From Ascidiella aspersa (lineage: Eukaryota), in assembly GCA_963924565.1 (NCBI GenBank), contig OZ004607.1:13764001-13828000 (forward strand): a stretch of 64,000 nucleotides of DNA, written 5' to 3'. Position numbers and translations under genes: made by a program. Each line of letters begins with the position of its first letter. Position 1 is the stretch's first letter. Shown one piece after another: positions 54,579 to 64,000 of the stretch. The notes below the pieces were generated by a model. That model was given only the letters and a program-made list of their open reading frames with translations, made no database searches and was not told the DNA's origin.

Positions 54579-55160
54579 GCAATCACTCGTGCGTAACCAT
54601 GTATGAATAAATACTAGAAAAATAAACCAATGATACTATATAAATACAACGAAACAAATAAACTTCCATTTACCTACCTTGCCACTTTTCTAATTGAACC
54701 AAGTTTGTTATTATCTAAACAATTTCAAAAACAACGTACATATACTTGTTAAATTTAATATGGGCTAAACGGCAAACTTTCCACTTCCTGATAACAGTTG
54801 TATAACCGTACCGCATTTTTTTACAACATTTTAAGGAGCCGGCCTGAAACTGAACTAAATATTTCAAAGTTACCTTAACTGAACCTCTCAGTCAAAGTTC
54901 AATCCAGCCAAACGTCACAATCTACTATCCAGGAGCATGAATCAATCCTGATCTGAGTTTATAAATTACACCCTTTATGTTTGCTAATTTATGTAATAGG
55001 CTAAGTTGGAAACCATAAAAGTGTTTATCGGCAATGGTGAGAGTTAGACCGAACGGTACACTTAATGGAGCTTATACTACATGCGAGTTAGATTACCGTA
55101 ATTTAATAATAAAAATAATTATTCAATATATTTATATATTCACATATATAGACTCTAGGT

Positions 55161-55516
55161 CAGCGTTTCTCAACCGGTGCGCCGCGGCGCACTGGTGCGC
55201 CATAGAAGGCTGCTAGGTGCGCCGCGAGCAATAGTAAAAAACATATCGAAATAAGTAAATTAATCGGAATAAGACTTTAATGGACAAAATAACGTTTTTA
55301 GTCTCAAAGGCTGGAAGTCCCTTTAAGGATTTGCAACTATAAAACCCATATAATAAAAAAATGCAGGCAATTTAAGATAAATATCGGTAAAAATAAACGA
55401 TATTAAAAAAAAAAAAAAAAAAAAAAACTTCGCGCTCGCTTCGCTCATAAGGTGCGCCGCCACGTTTTCATACGTCTCTAGGTGCGCACCCCAGTATAAA
55501 AGGTTAAGAAACACTG
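55161..55516. mobile_element. Charlie-like MITE, apparently nested in a GAACC-repeat element (~54835-55711)
   Basis: TIR CAGCGTTTCTCAACC/GGTTAAGAAACACTG; TSD CTCTAGGT/CTCTAGAC; internal GGTGCGCC repeats. Confidence 0.8.
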
Positions 55517-55880
55517 CTCTAGACACAACACAAGTTATGTTTATGGAACCCGAATCGGAACTATAAACCGGTTTAAAAAAAAACTGTTGTTGAACCTGAG
55601 CTTAACTGAAGCGATTGCTAACCCGTAACCGCAACTGAATCGGATTCTGAAAAACTTTGTTTACCCGAGTCAAACATGTGAACTGAAAACGTTCAACGGT
55701 TCGACTCCCTGATTTAACAAAACAAATAAAAAATATTTTGATATATTGAGACCCACTCGCCGTTATGACTTTGCATAAAGGAGATTACCAACGTCGAGGT
55801 TGGAAAACAAGAAGTTTTTTCACAGGAACACACAGGAATGCCCCACATTGGAAACTCACGAATGTATGTATGTTGTGTGT

Positions 55881-56302
55881 CAGGGGTCGGCAAATGTTTC
55901 AGAAACGCAAGCGCCTGTTTGAAATTTATGAGTGTAAAGAGCCACATAAAAAGGATTTTAAAGTTGATTTTGTACCATCACGCGCAAGTGGGCTCTGTAG
56001 GACACAAGAGAATTTTTTAAAACATGGTCGCAAATGATGAGTATTAAATTATATGATACGGTCTGATTCTTTAAAGCAGTTAGGCTACACCGCGAAGTTA
56101 CATCACAGGGTTATAATTAGTTTATTGCGGATGTTGTATTGAAAAGCACTGTTTTTTTACAATTAAATTATCAATGAATAAGGGTAACTTATATAGATGA
56201 AAACATAGTTTAAAATCTGAGATACACCCAATATTCGAATGTTACTCTTTAAGTAGAAGAGCCACAAAAACACATCAAAGAGTCGCAGTTTACCCACGTC
56301 TG
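55881..56302. mobile_element. Degenerate hAT-like MITE
   Basis: CAGGGGTCGGCAAA...TTTACCCACGTCTG ends; internal AAGAGCCACA repeats; no clear TSD. Confidence 0.5.
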
Positions 56303-57351
56303 TTATAAATACCGTGCTAAACGTGCATGCAAATCACTTTTTCTCCTAAGTTAAAATATTTTTTTAATGTGTAGTTTTTAATTACATATGGGTCCGAGAC
56401 AATAGCCTTCTTAGAAAATCCAAGATTTTGTTGGCATAACAAATCTATAACACATAGGTTTTCTAATTTGTTCATACAAATATATTGCTATTATTTATAG
56501 GCATTTTTAAAAGACAAAAATGTGTCAAATTAAAGGCCGAGATGGTTTTACAATATAAGTTTATTAAATGTTCTTCTCAAATCAATACGTTTTTTTTAAC
56601 GATAGAATGATTTCGCAGAGACCCGTTGTAGAACAAAGAAACGGTAGCCTATTGCGCTCTCTGTCCGTTTCTGCTTGAGACTTGTAAATCTTGTCAAGTG
56701 CAATTGAACTGGGTTCTTGAGAATTCTCGTGCGGTCTCGTCGTGTTTGGACCAGGCTTCGCACAAGTGTTAGTAACGCACTTTAAAAGCAGCTCTCTGAA
56801 GCACTGGTTGTGTACTTGGCATCTTATGAATCAAAGTTAATACAACAAACGCTGTTAAATGTCAAAGGGAAGGTCTTTTGACAAATAATGAAGCATGTTT
56901 GACTGCATATTGGTAAGTGATTTTATCATTGTAGATTCAATAAAGGAAGCGAGCGTTTTGGCACAGCCTGTCTCATGGTAGCTTTCTGAACAAAAACACT
57001 GGCCGACAATGGACGGGCGATCAGGTTCCATATATCAATTGTGATTTAACATGTCACGTGTGTAGACAAGTGAAAGCGCCCTCCCATACAGGGTTTAGTA
57101 CACAAAAGAGAACAAGAGAATTACAAGGTATTCTAGTGGTTGACTGTAAAGATAATTAGTCTTTTCATTCGCCGTTTTTTTGACAAACAGGCGGTACATA
57201 GCAGGAGATACATAATTCGATTACTGTTTGACACGTGTTATTCGTGTATCGAGTTTTGATGCTGATCCAGGACTAAAGCAGCCCCAAGGACATTTTATGA
57301 GGAATAGACTAGATGTGGCAGATAATACCTTAAACATTTCGATTCTGAAAT

Positions 57352-60300
57352 ATGCATTCACGAGAAATTAAGGAAGGAAGGTAAACAGAGCATTTACTAA
57401 TTATTAAATTACCTTATAAATTTATCACCTTCGTTTTATTAAATCGGTGTGGTCTAAATATAATTTGTCGCGGGCCATCAAAATAAATTTATTTCATAAC
57501 TTGTTGGGGGCGTCATTATTTAAGTAATTTTACGAAACGTGTTGTTCTCGTAAGTATCATGGTAAACAATTATGCAACGGAAGGCAAGATATCGCGCTAA
57601 GCTCGCATAAAAATGCGTCTATTCGGTTTAAAACGTTTACTTGAGAATTATATTTCACACATTGGGCGAATATAAAGATCAGTACTATTAACTCCACGGA
57701 TAATTGGCTGCACCGAAAATTTGAACGAAGAGATAAAAACATTAATGCGCACAATAGCCATATTGCAAAGCTGTATAGAAGTTTTATTAACTAAAATTGG
57801 GACAGAATTAGAGCGTCTGCGTTTTCCACAGCGCTTGCCTGTGGACACAATGAAAAGGTAAAAATATTACACAGAACCTTCGTGCAGATACATTGGCATG
57901 CTATAAAATGAAAAAAATATTCGGCGAAGCGTGAAAAGATTTGCATTTACACGGTTAAAGTAAGTAAAAAATAAAATTTTGGGATCGCACAGTGGCTAAC
58001 TAAAAAAGGAGCAAATGTAGTAATGTGTATCTAGACGACTTGTTAGCAAGTTAATTCAAAACATTTTTAACTTCATCACTGGCACTTAAAAATAAGATCG
58101 CGGGCAAATAAAAGGTGTACGCCGGCGACATTTGGCTCACGGGGCTGTAGTTAGACCACGCTGTATTAAATGTTGGCGCTCAACATTTATGTCATTTACC
58201 AAAAGTGCTATTATCTAACGTTTGACTAACTCGAAAAAATTACCGTAATGAATAAGCTTGGCGGGTTTTACGTGTGCTTTAGAGAAGGTTTATAAAAATT
58301 AGGTTTGCAGTTGAACAATTTAATTTTACAAGCCAAGGCGGGACTGTGATAAGGTTCAAACTAACGAGATCACGCGTAGCAAGATATTCAAATGAACCAC
58401 GATATGGGTGCGATGTGATGGGCTCGGGATACAATGGCTATATTGCAAAGCTGTATAGATTTGCGCGCACAATCAATAAAGCATTTTGGCAAGTGTTAAA
58501 GTATAACACGACGTCTTTATTCTAAAACAATTCTCTTGAAAGGGGCAGCACAATATAAAAACGAACAAGATTCACGCAAAAAAAATCCGCTTGCAGATAG
58601 TTGAAGTTAGCAAAAATATGTAATTTAGGATGCTGAAAAAAAGCACCTGAAAACTACTCAGGCGCAGTTTTAACAAACTCTCTTCCTTTTCGTCTGTTTC
58701 GTCGCGTTCCGACTATCCACACAACACATAAAAAAAAGATTTAACTTCGTTCCACTCCCATAGGGCGCTTGGCAGCTCCACGCAATCTGAAACCAAGGAC
58801 ATCGTTCGTCAGGCTTTAGACGAGCTCAGGTCGAAGAAGCAGCTTCCGATCGACCTTACCTTGGCAAGCGACCTTACCAATCCGCGCAACTGGTACCACA
58901 ACGCCGACTCGGTACGCAGCATCATGCGCAAGGTGTGCGACGTGAACGGCGTCACCCAAGTGCTGGATTCTGCGCAGCGCGGCCGAATTGCTATCAAAGG
59001 AAAGAAGCATGTGCTGCGCGCTGAAAGAATGCAGGCGTTAAACACAGGTCGGTTTTTCACTTACCTGGTTTTATTTTGGCCATATGCTCTTCGTAGGCCT
59101 TCCAAGCTCAAAGTGTACGCAATTTACAGATGTCGTAATGGTCTGTATACTCTTTTAGTTATAAGCGTATGTCTCCAACATATGTAAACCAGGTTTTGGC
59201 AACATTTTCTTAATCGCGGCCTAAAGTCGAATTACAAAAGGTGAACGGGTGAAGAAACAACCTTGTTTTAAAGTGTATTTTATAGTAGGCATTGTATTCA
59301 CACAACTATATCAAGGGCGCAACCAGGATTTGTTCGGTAATTGAAAAATTGATTTAATTACATTTAAGAGAAAGAAAACTGTGATGTGTCCAACATACAG
59401 GCGAGCAACTTTCGAGTAACGCACGTTCGGTGGAAGAAAGCGACTCGACTTCGTCGAACGACAGAACAGTCCATTCCGGCAAAGTGAAAGTACCCTTCCA
59501 AAACAGCGACGACGCCAGTTCACAATCGGAGATGCGAGTGGTGATAACAAAGACCAGCCACGGAAACGTAAGCTACGACCGGCCCTCTTCTGGCAATGGC
59601 ACCAATGCTAACGGAAGCAGAGACGATAAGCTGTTAAAACAGGAGCGGCCATTGACTCGCTTTCCAGGTATATACGACTTTGTGTGAATGTCAACCTTTG
59701 CCTTTATAAAACCGTTGAGGCTCGTGTCAAATTGAGTATAGAGCGCGTACTTAAAGAAAGGGAAAGATTAGATGAGAATAGTACTCTGGTAGTGGATATT
59801 TTGCGTGTAATTTGTTTACACTAATATCTTAAACGCAAAGTAACTTTAAACTTTCAAGTGTTGACAAGACAAAATAATTCGAGTGTTCAGTATTCCACAA
59901 ATGCAGGCATTTTTAGAAATTTTAAATTATATTAGTGAACCAAAACATAACTTAACGTTTCGAAACTGTAAACCTGACTAGCAAACAATTAAAGGGTGAT
60001 TTACCACAATTAATGATTCGTAGGCAATAATTTTTTTTAAGCAATTTTGATGCTTTTAGATATGCCTAATATCCAGCCTTTGTACAAGACCATTCCGTCG
60101 AGTGACAACCAATCGAACCACGTAAAACTTCCTATTCTTGGGAAAAGCATGTCTCAAAAGGTATTGAGCTTAAAATGTTCGTCATAACATATATAGACAC
60201 CATAATATCACGTCGTTATTGACCGGTTTAGAACGAGGAAGACATTTTCACCAGACCTCCTAAATGTGATATCAAGCGAATTATACTTGGACTATACGGA

Positions 60301-62901
60301 CAGTGTTTCGACCCTGACTCTTCTGGACATTACACCTACAAAAAGGTCAGGCCAATCCGCGTATCCAACGCAGAATCTCCAGTCCATCAGGTCGCACCAA
60401 AGTTTGATCAACATTCCGTGACAGCTTCGTCGAAAACCTTATCCATGTTTCAGAACAAACCTTCCATCGATGTGTCAGCTCGACTGTACACCACCAGAAA
60501 GAGGTTTTTCTTTTTTATTGGTGTCGTATTTCTCGTGTGATAGTAACTAATGACTGTTAGTTCCTCGTGTAGGCTAGGGTTGTCACACTTGGGGACCTCA
60601 GGCTCGCGAGACAATTTTAAAACAATTTTTGGGACATTTGTTCAATTTGCACGTTTTTTTAGTTTTTTTTAGGAATTTTCAACACAATGAACCAATTGCC
60701 ATATTTTAACACGACAATATTGTCAAGTGCTATTACCAATTATCTAACTGCTCGACCAGATGTCCTGTTTAAAATTGAGAATATTGGTTTAAACCACGTG
60801 TGTCAAACTTGTGGCCTCCAGGCCGCATGCCGCCCTTCACAAACAAATATATTATACGTCCCGCGTAATATTTCCAATTGTTTTACGCCTGGGGAACATG
60901 CCACGTTTGTATTAAAATATTGTCTTGAATGGGTGGCTTTGGTACTTCTTAACACGTGTAAAAAAACTCAAAAATTGTGTATAAAAGTCAAAATCTATTA
61001 AAAAACTTTTCGCGACTGTGGCGCAAGTGATATAGTCATTACATTTTAAACGTTTTCCTAAATCGTGGTATTTTCGGCGCTTAAAACATGTATGTGAGTT
61101 CCGATGCCGGTCTTTATAGTTTGTATGAATGAATGAAGCTAAAAAGTCTGTGAAGATATTTACACTTTAAGTTGATGAGTGCGTATACAATAAATAAAAC
61201 ATTTCATTAAATTTAAAATAGTTTTGTTCCTTAGTTATTTTACTGCGACTCGCTGACGTAGACAAATTAGCTCGTGCGGCCTTCAATAAGATTTGACACC
61301 TCTTATGTTAGATTCAAATGATTACAACACAATTATCCTCATAAAAAAACTTCTAAATTTAGATATTTGTTTCTCCATAGAAATCGGCGACCTAAAGCAC
61401 TTCCGCAGCTGGAGCGCAGAGAAGATGGAAGAGCGGATCATATGAGCATGTTCCCATTTCCCATAAGCAACTGGACACCGCGTGAGGATGAAAAAAACCT
61501 GCTTCATAAGCAGATGGTCCTCTACCACCAGCAGGTTGCCCAAGAGAATCTCTACCTTCTCGAGCGCGATTTTTTGCACGAAGATTTGACCAAGGTATTT
61601 GGAAATAACTGCACGCAATTTGGAATAAAGTATTTGGTCAATTAAGACAAACTCTAAAATAAAAATGAAAATAAATGGAGAAAATTGATGTAGTCTCGTT
61701 CTTTTAAACAACACTGCACTCAATCAGTTCCATTAACATCTTTGATATCAAATAACGTCCAGCCTGTTTAGCATTCAGTCCGATAGAAAAAGTCCAAAAG
61801 CTCTGAGTTAAACTTAACTCAGCAATTAAGCAATTAACATTATATTTATTTAAGATACTTTTTGAATTATTTCAACTTAAGAATTTAAACTTCCAACAGG
61901 GTGGCCAGCACAATTTCCTCCAGTTACTTCCTGCCACCGCCCCGCATCCGCACCACCAGGACGAACACGTATTGCATCCAACTTCGGAGAAATGCAGTCC
62001 CTGGAGCGAGAGTCTGATCTCCTCTCCCGATGCCGACACGATGGCCTCCTCCTCTGTTCCGCTCATGGTGGACTGGGAGATAAAGCTGAAGAAGAAGAGG
62101 GAGTTGGCTAAAGATCGGCGGAGGCGCCTGGAGAAGATAAAGAACATGAAACGCTCTCGAAATCCACACTTGGAGGTCGTACTGCCCAAATCGCAAGACG
62201 GTCAAGCGTTCAGAAAAAGGGTATACAAAAATTACCAAAGCTTTTGTTATTTAATATCCTAAATTTTGGATGAAACCATTCATTATAAAAGTCAATGTTT
62301 TGTGTCGCTAAAAATGTGTACCGGTAATATTAGATGCGCTAAATGTAACCTGATAATAGACACGGGTGCTGTATGTTACCTTTTTTAACATAGGCCTATG
62401 GTCTTCTGTATGACAATTATAAGCTAAAAATTATTCTTCTAAAATAATAAAATGTAGTGGAGTTCCGAAAGACAGATATATTTTATTTTTTTAAGTTGTA
62501 CAGTTAATAAAGTGTAGCAAAAATTTTTCTACGTTGATGTGTTAAGCAATGAATAAAATTTAGAGGAGATGTTATTAAAATTTTAGGTTTGTTGGTATAA
62601 TACAAACAAGCTTGTGACAACTGTTCAATATTAAAAAACATATTGTGTACACAAAACACAACAAGATCTTATTTTTCAGAATTTCGGCCTCAACACGATG
62701 TTCGACTGCGATCAATCAGACAAGGTGCCAATGGACACAAAAGTTTACCGAATATTTGGAGAACGCCGACACGAAAAAACGGCTTTCCGACAAGCTCAAA
62801 AACCTATCGAAGCACCTCGAACGACTCCCGTGAATCAGAACATTAATATTGTTAACCAAGTAAAGAATTCGTCGAAGTATAAAGTGAAGGAGGTTTGCTG
62901 A
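57352..62901 (+). CDS. Uncharacterised ~570-aa protein; exons approx. 57352-57380, 58764-59048, 59401-59667, 60060-60160, 60232-60503, 61381-61594, 61900-62220, 62680-62901
   Basis: Eight GT-AG exons chain in compatible phases into one ORF (MHSREIKEGRALGSS...NPRNWYHNADSV...FPFPISNWTP...VPLMVDWEIKLKKKRE...VKEVC*); GC-enriched relative to introns; no family recognised; start codon tentative. Confidence 0.7.
57445..58163. mobile_element. hAT-like MITE
   Basis: TIR CGGTGTGGTCTAA/TTAGACCACGCTG; perfect TSD TATTAAAT. Confidence 0.8.
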
Positions 62902-63493
62902 ATGTAGCATGTATCAGCCGTCGCTGTGCGTTTGTATACATATTTGTTTTCATGTCTGCCGAAAAAGTTTGTAGAGTATATTCTATGTTTTGTTTTACCT
63001 GAGCCAATAAAACACTGTCCAATAAATCGCGAATTAATTATCATATAAACGAGATTTAAACGAAACTACAAAGGATGGAGACTTATTAACAAGAAATCAG
63101 TTGCAGGTACTGTGTATGGCTTGGAAACGTCGATTCAATTATGAATTCTGTCGTATTTCTTATGCTATATTGCATAAGATCCTTTTCCAAACAATTAGTT
63201 TATTATACCATGTACCGGTACTAGGTTTTATTCAGAGTTCAAGAAAATCAATGCAATTTACATTAGGCCTCTTCTTAAAACATGGTGTAGAATCTGCACC
63301 TATAGCCTTTTATTATTATTATTTTTCTCAAAAGTTAGTTTATTTGAACATTTTTTAAACCGGGTAGGGCGCAGTTACAGTATTTGTCGGATACTAAAAC
63401 TTATTGGTGCTTATATAGGTGCTAAACCAGGGGGCACGAGGCCACGGTCACCCCAAACTGTAATAAATGCTAATAGGCCTACAGCCCCTAAAT

Positions 63494-63816
63494 CAGCGGT
63501 TCTCAACCAGTGGGCCATAATAACATTTGTGGTGGTCAACAGACCAATTTAAAAAGCTACATTTAGTTTCATTTGTGTCATTATATTTGATTTTACAGAA
63601 GAAATACTTGGGGAGGTAAAGGAATGTAAATTTATTGTTCAGCCGCAAGTATCTCACTAATGCACGTTTGAAAAAATAATCTGTTTTGAAATATGTTCTG
63701 CTGGGTTTTGTTCTAAACCTATTTTAAAGTTTTTTCTTTCATAAAAATTCTATTGGGCCACATAATATTTTTGCAACGTAAATGGGCCACGAAAGAAAAA
63801 AGGTTGAGAACCCGTG
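63494..63816. mobile_element. Charlie-like MITE
   Basis: TIR CAGCGGTTCTCAACC/GGTTGAGAACCCGTG; perfect TSD CCCTAAAT; TGGGCCA subterminal repeats. Confidence 0.82.
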
Positions 63817-64000
63817 CCCTAAATGGTGTGTACAAGGTCTTCAGTAAACGTAGAGTGTGTACTGTTCCAAAAATATGTTGATAAGCACTCCCGCAGGCTA
63901 CCTATGATTGATACCGGGAAATTAATAGTGAACTTACACTGCTGAAATAATAGGTTCGCAACTTGCTTCCTGGCTGCTTACTATTTAAACATTCACTGTC

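Overview
AT-rich, intron-rich metazoan DNA; the compact genes and dense MITEs suggest a tunicate/ascidian (inference only). Genes assembled by hand from GT-AG exons: NOL7-like (+, 3.8-6.9 kb), PITPNC1/RdgB-beta (-, 11.4-19.8 kb, with an 8-nt microexon), two paralogous calmodulin-like EF-hand genes in inverted orientation (27.8-29.7 kb + and 40.6-43.9 kb -) bracketing NRDE2 (-, 31.1-39.4 kb), BBS2 (-, 45.7-54.3 kb) and an unidentified ~570-aa gene (+, 57.4-62.9 kb). Mobile DNA: a very young 2-kb non-coding LTR element (tRNA-Trp-type PBS, 4-bp TSD), Merlin-like foldback MITEs with telomere-like motifs, and many hAT-like MITEs. The most unusual item is a 345-bp repeat unit that carries an internal tRNA-like cloverleaf. 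It is inserted twice as multimers (a 2.5-mer tandem and a 5'-inverted ~1.7-mer), each with an 11-12 bp TSD, the same 3' end (GGTGTAC) and no poly(A) tail. This looks like a retrozyme/Sm-alpha-like retroposon copied from a multimeric or circular RNA, but I could not identify an intact ribozyme in it.
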